Positions 39,133 to 50,949 of a stretch of 64,000 nt of DNA are shown here, in pieces. This stretch comes from Hypanus sabinus (Eukaryota), in contig NC_082711.1 in NCBI RefSeq assembly GCF_030144855.1, positions 26,040,001 through 26,104,000 on the forward strand, written 5' to 3'. A model generated the notes under the pieces. It did no database searches and had not been told where the DNA came from. It was given only the letters and a program-made list of their open reading frames with translations. The translations under genes were made by a program, and so were the position numbers. Within the stretch, counting starts at the first letter, position 1; the number at the start of each line of letters is the position of its first letter.

Positions 39133-39830
39133 ACACAAGAGATTCTGCAGAGAGTGTAAATCTTGAGCAACACCCTCAAAATGCTGGAGGAACTCAGAAA
39201 ATCAGGCATCATTCATGGAGGGGAATAATGAGTCGACCTGTCAGGCTGAGACACTTCATCAGACTGGACAAGAAGGGGTAAAAGCCTGAATAAGAAGGTG
39301 GGGGGAGGGCAATGAGTACAAGGTGACAGGTGCGGTGGGGCAGGTGGGATGAAGTAAGAGACTGGACGAGGATAGGTGAAAGAGATAAGAGGCTGAAGAA
39401 GAGGAATTTAATAGGAGAGGACAGTGGGTGATGGAAGAAAGAAAACAAGAAGGGGAGCTGACGGGCAGGTGAGAAGAGCAGAGCTGAGGGGAACCAGAAT
39501 GGGAAATGGAGAATGAGAGAAGGTGGGAGAAATTAAAAGTTAGAGTAATTAGTGTTCAGCCTGGAGGCTACCCAGATGGAATAGGAGGTGTTGCTCCTCC
39601 AACGTCAGTGTGGCCTCATCATTGCAGTAAGGAAGGCCATGAACAGGACACGACAGAATGGGAATGGAAGTTGAATTGAAATGGGTAGTGACTGAGAGAT
39701 CCTGCCTTTTATGGCAGACAAAGTGAAGGTGTTTGACAAAGCAGCCCCACAATCTGTGTCAGGCATGAATTGATATAAAGAAGGCTGTACTAGGAGCATT
39801 GAACACAATGGATGACCCCAACATGCTTGA
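39133..39830 (-). mobile_element. Penelope-like element 3' part: GIY-YIG endonuclease remnant plus terminal repeat with a decayed hammerhead
   Basis: Minus ORF FVKHL...DLSVTTHFNS...VHGLPYCNDEATLTLEEQHLLFHLGSLQ, typical of the Penelope GIY-YIG C-terminus; minus strand CTGATGA-AGTGTCTCAGCCT-GACA-GGTCGAC at 39232-39262. Confidence 0.8.
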
Positions 39831-41084
39831 AAGTTTTAAAGTGCGCACGTTTTGACTTTAAACAAGTTGAAATTATGCACTGAGAAAAAGAATCATGGCT
39901 TCTGAAATGTACAGGTAATATTACTGACAGAGGAAATATTATTGTTTATTGGAGCTATGCATAAGCAGATCATTGTTCTAGATAAGAGTCTGTTTAAATA
40001 ACTGCAGGTGATCATTTTTAAAAAGCTGAAAACAATTCTTATACCCTTCAGGTTACATGCAACTATGCAAAAGTTCTTGCTTATGATACTGAAGTCAGTT
40101 TTTTGTTAAAAGTCTTGCAAATCATTTTGAAGCTAATGTCAGAGCTCTGCACCATTAACTCCAAAGCCTTGGCACTGGTTTCCTGTTCTTCCCTGGGTTA
40201 TTTTCTCAGGGCAAACCCATCTGGCAGCAATTTCCACATCCTATTTGACCCTTTGATCCCCTGTCGTCTTCATTTCAAAGACAGCCTGCACAATTGTTCT
40301 GTGTAGCATTGACCTTTTCCACCTTTATGGGTCATCTGCAGCTGAAATTCTTGTTATCTTGTGTTAGTCACCTCCAAGTAAGTTATGGTAGCTCCAGTGT
40401 GATCTGGCTGGTTCTCTTCTAACCTGAGTTCCTCTAAAACTGTCTCTATCCACAGCACAGAAGACATTCTCCTAGATGTTTGCATTATAGAACATTACCT
40501 ATAAAGTGAGGTTGGGCACATTCCTCCCATGTGCTTATCACCTCTTTGTATGTTGAACCTACATGACTGACTTAGTTTTCCTGTAACATTTAATTGTACC
40601 TCTCCCTCATGGTTCACCTGTTGCATGTCCCATTCCCCTGCTTAATTAGTTAAAACCCTCCCAAACAGCCTTCTCTTAAGAATGAAAACCTTTAGAAAGG
40701 TAGATACAGGAAATGTTGAAGTAAAAACAGAAAATGCTTGAATTTAGTTTTGATGAAAAATCTTTTAACTGTTCCTCCTCTTTTAGATGCTGTTGCACTT
40801 GTTGAATTTTTCCAGTATTTTCTGTTTTTAGCTTTGCACAAGGATGTAGGATGTTCAGGTGCACCCCATCCAGCTGACGGGTTCTACCTTTCCCAGAAAC
40901 TGCCCCAGTGATCGAGATGTCTAAATCTCTTTCTCTCCAACACATTTCTTTGGCCACATATTCTTCTGATGTAGCTGTGGATTTTATACTCACAAGCACA
41001 AGGCACTGTCAGTAATTCAGAGAGTACAGCAGATAGGTCCTGCTCTTTAACCTGATGTCTAGTTCCCTAAATACATGGATTCAT

Positions 41085-41760
41085 AGAATTACATAGCATA
41101 GAAACAAGCCCTTAGGCCTATGACCAAGATGCTCATCTACGTTTACCTGTGTTGGTCCCAAATCTCTCCAGATCTTTCATATTCATGTTCCTGGCCTGAT
41201 ACTTTAAGATATTGTGGTTCTGCCTGCCTCTATTGCGATCTCTGGCAATTTTTTTCTATATACCTTCCACCTTCTTTGTAGAAAAGTTGCCCCCCCCCCC
41301 CAATCTAGCCTCTTTCACCTTAAATCTCTGCCCTCTTGTTTTAGATTCCCTTGCCCTAGGCTAAAAGAATTTGACTATCCACCTTACCTATGCCCCTCTT
41401 GATATTAATAGCCTCTTGAGGTCACCTCTCAGCTGTCTTTGCTCCAGGGTAAACAGTACCAACCTATTCAGTCTCTCCTTATAACTAAAGTACTCCATTC
41501 TTGGCAACATCCTTGGGAATCTTTCTGCATCCTCTCAAGCTTAATCACATCCTTTTTGAAGAATGGCGGCCAGAGCTGTACACAATACTCCAAGTGCCAT
41601 CCGGCTAACATCTTGGACAGCTGTAAAATGTCCCACCTTTTGTATTCAGTGCCCTGACTGATCACAGCGAGAGTGCCATATGACTGTGTATAATTGTGAC
41701 ACTTTCATGTACACCTTTGTGTCTGTTCTACAGCACTCCACCAGCACCAGGCCATTCACT
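41085..41760 (-). mobile_element. CR1 3' remnant
   Basis: Minus ORF HLEYCVQLWPPFFKKDVIKLERMQ. Confidence 0.8.
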
Positions 41761-41767
41761 GAGATAG

Positions 41768-41861
41768 CAACATACACAAAATGCTGGTGGAACGCAGCAG
41801 GCCAGGCAGCATCGGTAGGAAGAAGAACAGTTGACATTTCGGGCTGAGACCCTTCGTCAGC
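41768..41861 (-). repeat. Penelope-derived single arm with an intact hammerhead core
   Basis: Minus strand 41837-41860 reads CTGACGA-AGGGTCTCAGCCC-GAAA, followed by TGTC. Confidence 0.8.
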
Positions 41862-42661
41862 TTGCCAGCTTTGTAATACATGGGACTAAACTCCACTGCC
41901 ATACTTTTAATAAAGAAAAGCCCTTTTAAAATGCAATTCAATGTCTGTTCCTACAAAGTATTTGAACTGTTTTTAAAAAAAAAAGGGGTGGGGGAAGATT
42001 CTTCAGTGATCTATGACTACACCAATATCTATCTCACTGTTCTGCCAAAGGGCCATGAAGAGAGATCCCACAGACCTTTCTAACCAAAAGTGCCTCGCTC
42101 TCCAAATCCTCTTGAGTATGCTACATGAGCTATAGGCCCACACTGTTGTTTCTCTGCCTCCCTTTCAATACACTCTAAATAGTGCTGTTCCACTGAGCAG
42201 AAATTAATTGATCTCAACTGGCCCAACTATCATCATAATAGTGCTTAAGTCAACAGGTACACAGCTGGTTTAACCTGTAAACATTACCTTGTTGTCGGAT
42301 GGCACTGAATCTTGGCACCCTTGATGAAATTCAGCAGTGACAATAATATCAAAAATTCCTAAGTGATTCATCTCCATGTTTTAAAATTTGTGACGGTAGG
42401 TGTTCAGCCACTATTCTTGTAGATATTAAAGCAATTTTCTAATGATTGCTGAACTTTTTCTATGAAATCTCCTGCTTTTGTCTTGCAAAAGACTTAAATA
42501 CCACTTTTTTTTATTAGTGAGACAAATATATCACCTCAGTGTGATATATTTGTTTATTTCTTCAGATTTTGCAAGGTCATACTGCATTTAGCACATGGTG
42601 AGTGGTAAAAGGTTTTATGTTGAGTGAAGACACTGAGCAGCATGATGCTGTGTTCTTGCAG

Positions 42662-42868
42662 CAGGGGAGCGAGAACACTGGCTTCTCTCATCTTGAGGTC
42701 CAGCCTCAGCGGCAGCACCAGCAGCAACTCCAGAAACAACAGACCGTTCGGAAGGTCACATTGACAAAAGGAGTGCAACAGCAACAGCAAAGACCACAGC
42801 AACAGCGGCAGCAATCTGTACCACATTTGTTAGGAATGGCAAAAAATATATCCAGTCAACAGAACAGG
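42662..42868 (+). CDS. RBM33: RBM33 internal coding exon (QGSENTGFSHLEVQPQR...RKVTLTKG...QQNR)
   Basis: Tandem acceptor ttgcag/cag (start at 42662 or 42665); donor AGG|gtaagc; phase 0-0; QPQR and RKVTLT match RBM33. Confidence 0.88.
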
Positions 42869-44256
42869 GTAAGCATGTGCACTTTTCACATACTGGAGCT
42901 GCCTAGTGTTTTGATGACAAATAAATATTCAAAGTGTTAAAATGTCCTGAGCCAAAAAGGAAGTAATTGGCTAATTATTTCAAATTATTGCAATGCTTTT
43001 GAATACATTTTATTAGGAGATAAATTTGATATCATGTTTCAACTTTTTCTCCTCATCTGGGAAGTTGATCCATTTTATACATACAGAACATAGCAGATTT
43101 TAACAGTCTTACCAATTTCTTTACTTGTATGAAAATAGCATAATGTAGAGTTTCCTTATTAACAGATGCTGTAACAATGTTATCATTTAGAAACAGTGTC
43201 ATAATTGACAATGGTGATGCTAAAATCATGCCATTTGAGAAACTGCTCAATTATTGAAATATTTGTTCTTTCCCTTTGGAGGCCACTAATGTGTTTAAGG
43301 GGAAGAAATGACTAAATAAAATGGGGTAATACTCAACTATGTGCTCTTCTAACCTGACACTATCACTATAATCTGAATGGCATATGTTAATTTTTCACTT
43401 TGTTGAAGTTGGGTTGCGCAGCAGGTGAGTATTCTTGAAGTTGGCATTGAAAATGACCCCTATTGAAATTCATCTGCTTGACTGGTCACACACCAGCTAA
43501 TTTGTTCAAAGAAGTCTCAATAAAAATGACATGTAAACATCAAGCTAACCAATTTTACTGAGATTGGTTTGAGGGGTGAATGTTTGCTGGGATAATTCTT
43601 TTGTTTATTCAATAGTGCCATGGGATCTTGCCATTACAGCAGTGGCAGCATTTAAGTTGCTTACAAAGCTCTTTGCATGGACTATGATAGTGAGGAGCTC
43701 TAAGCTCTTCTGTTGATGTGCAAAGCAAGCTTGGGGCAAAAGGAATAATAGTTACTATTCACGACTTCTAGCATTTCAGTAGCTTTCATTGTCATTTTAT
43801 ATGATACCAATTTCAAATTTAACAAGATTATTATTAAATATAATTCAAAGAATGTGATTTGGTGAAATTTGAACTTGACAATTGAGTTGTATCTATAATT
43901 CTGTAACCACTATGCTACTGTATTAGCTAACTTCTAGTATTTGTCAAATTGAGTAATATTGTGGCTGTAAGTCAAAATATCATATCAGGAACTTACAACC
44001 AAGAGTAAAATCCAGACAATATTCTGTAAATTGCACTAATTCTGTCATGAACTGAAATTTCTGTCTGATTAAGTAATATTTTAAATTAAATCCATCTTCA
44101 ATTACTTTTATTCCTCAGGACATTTGGGCTTGGGCTTAAGCTTAAGCATTGTTACAGGCTTCTAAGCTCCAAATCTCTCCCTCTCGCCCTTCCTCTCCCC
44201 CTCCCAACTGCTGAAGTCTACGATGTATTTCTTACCATTTATCCTGATGCTCACTT

Positions 44257-45114
44257 TGTTACGTATTCAGGCAACAATAAATATATGAGGTCGGCAACGG
44301 TATTTATAACAAACAACACGTTTATTAAACACTGAAAACAAACCCCCAAAAGTAAACAAACACTAACGTAACCGGAAATCAGCTGCTGTGCGGTAGCTTA
44401 AACAGTTCTTAAAGTGATGTTGCAAAAACAGTTCTTTAAAGTAGTAAAAAGTTCGAATTGCCAAAAGTCCGAAATGCTCACAGTCCATTTAAGGGAGAGA
44501 CCTTTTAAGACGATTTAAATTCGCTTTCACGTCGTTTTGCTTCGATCCCCCAATGTCGAACTTTTCCCACGAAGAATTTACGAAACGAAACAAAACGGTT
44601 TAAAGGCACTGACCTTTCCTTTATCACACTGTCCTCAATCTTCTGCTATCCCGCAGAGATTAACAACGAGAACAGTCAACGAATTTCTTTCGAATAAAGA
44701 TTAAACAAGGTCGAACCTTTTTCACCGTCGAAATAGATTCTCCTCGATCTTTAACTCCTGAACTCCGATCTTCACTCTCCACTGATTTCTCCACTAGCAG
44801 TATTGTAAAGAACCTGCTGGCAATGACCTTTTAAACTTTAGGCATTAGATAAAACTTCATCTTTCAACTAAACTGCATCATCACATTAAATCACGCAGTG
44901 GCATGGTCAACTTGGCAAATCCAGCCACAAACTGCCCCTCCTCACAGGGTGGGGTCTTCCTTTTATAACCTGTAAAAAAAAACCTGTCACATGATCTCTA
45001 CTGGCGGGAAAATGACATCACTCCACCATCACAAGACCATTACCTCAAGTCCAGTATAGCTTCAACCCCAGTCACGTGACAAGAATACCACTGTCATGTC
45101 ACGAGTATGTAACA
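44257..45114 (-). mobile_element. Solo LTR, 858 bp (Gypsy- or ERV-like)
   Basis: TGTTAC...GTAACA ends; exact 4-bp TSD actt (44253-44256 / 45115-45118); minus-strand TATAAAA at 44961-44967 and AATAAA at 44321-44326; CpG-rich relative to the flanks. Confidence 0.85.
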
Positions 45115-45844
45115 ACTTATAATCAAATCCATATCTTGATAACCTTCTATATTAATTATTATTCTCCTGCAGAGCACTTTTTAAGCATACCAAACTTCAC
45201 CTTGCTGAGAAAATCTTAAGGAATGTACTTTGATTTCAGCTGACATTTTAACTTAATAATTAGAAATTTGAGGCTAAGGCCTGAATGTTATTCATATCCT
45301 GCTTTTCGGGACTTTTACTAAAGGGTTGAGGAATGTCTGAGTTTTCATTGGACCTGGATTCAGTGGGGCTTTGGCTGATTGTGCATTGTGCCATTAATTG
45401 CTCTGTAGTTGATTTCTGTTCATTGGCAGTAGGAAGGTTGCAACAATTCTATCCCAGATTGCCTGAGATGGTTCTGCTGGGCTTTCTTTGCAGATAACTG
45501 CTGACTTCAAATTGATGATTCATTGATAATATTCTCTTGTAGAAAAACCCAGTGAAGTTGGAATGGTGTAAGACTAGGTAAAGCAATGTGAGGTGATTGG
45601 CTTTTCCGTTATCTAGCTACACTTGTTTCATTAATCCCGTTGATCATTAAAGGATAATTTTTGGCTCTCAGATCTATGTAAGAAATTCTCTTTGGTCTTG
45701 AGACTTATGTTCACTTGGAAAATTCATTGACTGTGAATTTTATAAACACTAGCTACAAAATTCGTTACGGAAATTTTAAAAACTATCAATCCATCAATCC
45801 GATTTTTTTTTTGGGGAAGAGTGTGCTAATTCAAGTATTACTCG

Positions 45845-46075
45845 AGGGCCAGTTTTTCCATCATGGGTATTGTATGGAATAAGCTGCCAGAAGAAGTAGT
45901 AAATGCAGGTACAGTCATAATGCTTAAAATACCTTTGGACAGGTTCTCAAGGAATTGTCAGGTTTTAGAGGGATGTGGGCCAAATGCAGGAAAATTAAGT
46001 TAGCTCAGCAAGGCACCTTGGACAGCTGGAGGAGTTAGCCCGAAGGGACTGCTTCTGGTCTATATAACTGTCTGA
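45845..46075 (+). mobile_element. CR1 3' tail fragment
   Basis: tggaataagctgccagaagaagtagtaaatgcaggtaca...gcccgaagggactgcttct. Confidence 0.6.
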
Positions 46076-46768
46076 CTTTTTAACTCAACTAGTCAACGTT
46101 GCAGGGTCACCCTTATAATATCCAGCACCCACATTAGTCAATGGACTACTTCAATTATCCAACTGTCAAAATTCTTCAATCTCCATCCCTTATGTGTGCC
46201 TTATTCCGATGACAAAAAAGATCATGCAAGGACACAGCAAGTCCATGAGGCTTTTAGAATTTTGAGGTAATTTGTTAGAAAGTGGGGGGGAAATATTAAA
46301 GTAAATAAAATTATACTTGGAGCACACTAGTCACCCAACTGAAGAGGTACCAGCAGTCTCCAGCAATCCTGTTGCCTTTTTATTCTTGTGCTTTGAATTA
46401 GCAGTTTGCTACAACCGGACAGTTTGCTGGGCGATTTCAGGGGCAGTTTAAAGTCAACGACATGCTGTGGGTCTGGAGGCATATATAACCAGGCAGGATA
46501 AGGTTGGCACATTCATGCGCATATAAATTATATCTTTCCAGTTATAATATTGCTTCAGGTTAAAAGTAATTAACTTGCTGCAAGATTTTAGGGCTCATAT
46601 TTACTAGGTAAATATAAAACACAACAGTTTTAAAGATGTAACCTTGCCTTAAACTGTAGGGTCACACCGTATTGTTGTGAAGTCATTGTATGACCCATAG
46701 AAAGTTTTGAGCCACAAGCTGACACCCCAAGGACAAAATAAATTGGCTGAGTGTTGTGTTCTCTACAG

Positions 46769-46957
46769 GTCATTATGCAGGGGCGCGGCATAGCATTACC
46801 AGGCCAGATGGGCCGAGGACGCATGATGCAACATAAACAGAATTTGCGAGTGGTGGAATGCAGACCTCAACCATGTGTGGTGTCAGTTGAAGGGCTTTCT
46901 TCTTCAACCACTGAAATCCAGTTGAAAAACCTGCTGATGTCAGTTGGACCTATTCAA
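46769..46957 (+). CDS. RBM33: RBM33 internal coding exon: RG motif and start of the C-terminal RRM (VIMQGRG...MGRGR...QNLRVVECRPQPCVVSVEGLSSSTTEIQLKNLLMSVGPIQ)
   Basis: Acceptor ttgtgttctctacag; donor CAA|gtaagt; 189 nt; highly similar to the human RBM33 C-terminal RRM. Confidence 0.95.
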
Positions 46958-47541
46958 GTAAGTGACCTCTTGCATGCATTTTTTAACACACAGATTATTG
47001 TAAGACTTTTTAAAACCTGTTTTAATTCATTTTAATCTAGGCACCTAATATTTATGTAAAGTTCATCAGAATTTTATTGTTAGTGCATATTACCATGTTG
47101 GATTAAATAATATTAAGAATGTGATAATGTGTGGTGACTCTAAATTACAGCTTCTGGTGTATTTCATGATATGCAGGACATGTATTAGCATACAGCTTTT
47201 TACATGGATTGCACTTTTTCTAATGCACAGATGGCAGCAGCTTGTCTTAGCTTGTCACCCTCATTGACAGAAGTGTCTGGATTTGGATGTAGATTGCTGT
47301 GCATCACCCAAATCCAGCTCAATAATTTACTTTGAGTTTAAACACCATCTTCCATCTCATTTGTGTTAGGACTCTTTGCCCTTGACCGCCTTTTCATGTT
47401 AAAAGGTGATTTGGGTAGTTTTTTTTAATGTTGTGCTTGGAAAATATATTGCTTTTTAATGATAAGGTAAATCTTTACATTTGTACATGCAATAAATCTG
47501 TTAACATTATCAAATGCTTTTGTCATCCATTAACTACATGT

Positions 47542-47700
47542 GCTGGTAGTGCAGTGGTATCCAGCCGGCTCTTTACACACTTCCTATCTGTGCTGGGTTG
47601 AGTGTCGAGGTAGCAGCTCAGCCTCGTAAAACAGACAAATGCTAAGGCTATGGTAAAGTTGCCGCTAATGTGCCAAGCAAGGTGTAGGGAGGAACTTTAC
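47542..47700 (+). mobile_element. Decayed SINE-like element related to 60057-60203
   Basis: gctggtagtgcagtgg head and the shared domain gtgctgggttgagtgtcgag...cctcgtaaaa. Confidence 0.55.
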
Positions 47701-49069
47701 TTACAGGCTTAGCTCAGAAGTGGTAAAACTTGACACCTTTCCCAGCTCTACTTTGACCTTGCCTACCTTGCACCTTCATTTCATTAGGTTGTTACTGATC
47801 ATCTTTGATTTCAGTTAAGTTGTCAGTAGCAAATTATATCTCTTTTACCAACTCTGGTGGCATTATTTTGTTCACGTTTTTATCAACCTTGTCAAATTGC
47901 AAGACTTTGCATATTAATGCATATTGTTTTGCCCCTAATCAGCAAATATTTTTGAATTATTATTTTGAATGTATTATTGCAGCGTATCAGTATAAATAGA
48001 AAATACTGCAGATGCTGGAAACTTGAAATAAAAGTCTTTGGCAGTTATGGTAATAGCTTTAGAGAGACTTACCATTTCAGTCTCCTGTGAGATGAATCAG
48101 AGCCAAAGAATGTTGTTGAAAACAATGATGTTATGAGTTCAAATTATGACAAATTTCAAATAAATGCAAAATATAAACAAAATTCTGAGAACCCTCTGCA
48201 GGTCAGTCAGCATCTATGGAAAGAGAGTTAGTTAAGAGATGTCACAGCCCTGAAGTACTAATTGCTACTCTGTATCTGCTTTTCAAATTTACATCATCCG
48301 CAATTTTTTTTAAAAAAAGTCTTTAAATAATTTCAAATATTGTGAATAATTAAAAATGCCAGTATTATTGCATATTCAGACTAAATTAAGAAATTGGCTA
48401 ATTCATTTAAAAACAATTGGCAGTATCTCTGAGAGCAGGAATGTTTGACTTTCCAAATGCATTCGTATCATTGGTGGGCTTTGAATTAGTCCTGTTATCC
48501 CTGTCATTGTGGGTCAAGTCCTTCAAGTGAAACTTGAGCGAACAAATTAAATGGATTCTCCAGGGATCAATTTCCATCCATTTCTGCCAACCATTTTCAG
48601 ATGAATTCATGAAAAGCTGAAAAGGTAGAAATTTCAGTTGATTATTTCTCTCTGCAAGATTTTATTTGAACCCGATTTCCCCTCGTGATTGTTCGATACA
48701 AATACCATTTCTCTGCAGAGAAAATTTGGGAACTATTTAGTAGAATGTTTAAAAAAAAGAAATTGCTGAATCTGTGTGTTACAGACTGACAATTTTGGAT
48801 ATATGAACAGCTTCATTGCTCCTAATATTTTAAGTTGCAAACTGAAAATCTCATGAACCAATTTCTGTTGATTGGATGTGCTTAGAAATCTCGAAGCAAG
48901 TGTATTAGGGAGCCTGTACAAAGCATAAGTACATTTGTGCCATGCAAATTTTGCAATTCTGATTGAAGTAGCTGTGGGCAATTGTCTTGAAAATTATATT
49001 CCAGAATCACACTTAGTTTAGAGAGAATTGCAAAGGCAGGAGAAACATTGTTATTCTCTATTTTTGTAA

Positions 49070-49420
49070 TTTATTTTTTTATTGAAATTCATCATCAAAC
49101 AAACATTTCCATAAGATGTATTTCAGATACTGTACATGTATCATATATTCATATTTGCTACAAATCTCCACATAATATTTATCTGAGGTGTATACTTATA
49201 GAAAAGAGAGGAAAGAAAGATCAAGCAAAAGGAGAAAACTATGTACAAGTAGGGAGTGATTTTTTTTTCACACAACATATTCATTCATTTGTGGGAATAA
49301 AATCAGGTCTATGAGGTGTTACGTAGTTAAACCATTTTTCCCAGTATGAATCAAATTGTTCTAACTTATGATTAACAGATGCTGCTATCTTCCCCATTTT
49401 GTAAATGTCCAATGTTTAAG
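49070..49420 (-). mobile_element. L1-clade 3' fragment
   Basis: Minus strand DIYKM/KIAASVNHKLEQFDSYWEKW, then a UTR with AATAAA. Confidence 0.6.
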
Positions 49421-49689
49421 GTTGGGCTCTCCTGTGATAACCACATTGGACTTCTGACAATTCAAACAGAATATTGGTCTGTATAGCAGAATCATATTAT
49501 TCCTGGCTTAAATATTCCTAGCTTGTATATCAGTGTTACTTGTTATTGTTCTAGTAATGTTTTCACATTACTTTGTATGTGATTTGCTGCCATTAGACCC
49601 TTGGTCACTTGATTCGAGAGGATATAGAACACGAACGCTATTTCTCTCCTTACAGACGCAACTTCATCAAGTGCAATTGTCATTCAACT

Positions 49690-50010
49690 ATGGGAGGCAT
49701 TGATCATGTGGATAGCCAGAGGCTTTTTCTCAGGGCTGAAATAGCTAATAAAATGGTGCGTGGAAGTAGTTTGGGGGAATGTCAGAGGTAAGATTTTCAC
49801 ACAGAGAGGGTGTCTGGAATGCATTGCCAGCGATGATGGTAGAGGTGGATACAATATGGTCTTTTAACAGACCCTTAGATAGGTACATGGAGCTTAGAAA
49901 AGTAGAGGGCTATGAAGTAGGGAAATTCTAGGCATCTTTTAGAGTAGGTTTCATGGTTGGCACAACACTATGGGCCAAAGGGCTTGTAGTGTGCTGTAGA
50001 TTTCTATGTT
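49690..50010 (+). mobile_element. CR1 3' fragment
   Basis: GGIDHVDSQRLFLRAE and a tail ending ttctatgtt. Confidence 0.7.
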
Positions 50011-50949
50011 CATACTTAAGCTTCTTAGTTAGATTGCTTCTGACAAATACACCAATTCTGAATTCAACAGATATTAGTTGCAAGAACAGAAAGCCATTCT
50101 TGATTGAACCACAAAAACAAATATGACTAAGGGCTTTGTGATTTTGAGTGTTCCATTTAGTGTCATTTCTTTCTGTGTGATTTTAGTGTGTTCATTTATT
50201 CCAGATTCAATTATCTTTTTTTGTATTAATTTTGCATGCTTAATAAATGTAATTGTCACCATCATTTACACTACACTTGGTGCTGTTAAAGAGTGGCCTT
50301 TATTGGCCATACAAGGCTTGTAGTCTGTCTTTTGCATTCTATTTTGCACTTAAGGTTAAACTATGTCACCCTAATCCTTCTAAGTTCAAAGGAGTGCAGT
50401 CCCAAGCTATCTAGCCCCTCTCTTGTATGGCAAACTTCTCCTTTGGGCAGTCTCCAAAGCTACTCCCTCCTTTTTTAAGTATTTATTATTTCAAACGTGG
50501 CTTTGCAAGCATACTGCAGAAAGTAAAAAAGCTCCCTATCCTTGAAGTCCAATCTCTTCGCAACTAAGGCCAAAATGCAGTTTGCCTTCTGAACTACTTG
50601 TTGAACCTGTCAACTTTGTGATTCATTCACCAGAACACCACAATCCCACTGCTTTTTCTCCATTTAGATAATCTGCCTTTTGATTCCTCTTACTGAAGAA
50701 TATTTTCTGACATTATATGTCATTAGCCCATTTTTCCCTTACTCATTCAAATGTACAACTACAAAGACCATTCAAAATTGAATAGAAACTGAGGGGTGCA
50801 TCCCTACTGAACTGCAAAGGGAATAGGATAAGTTTAAAGATAAGCACATGGATACTTTATTAACCATGGCATTGTAAATAAAAGCAAAGAGAGTATGAAC
50901 AAATTGAACAAAAACTTGCTAAATTACATCTTGATGTTACTGGAAATAA

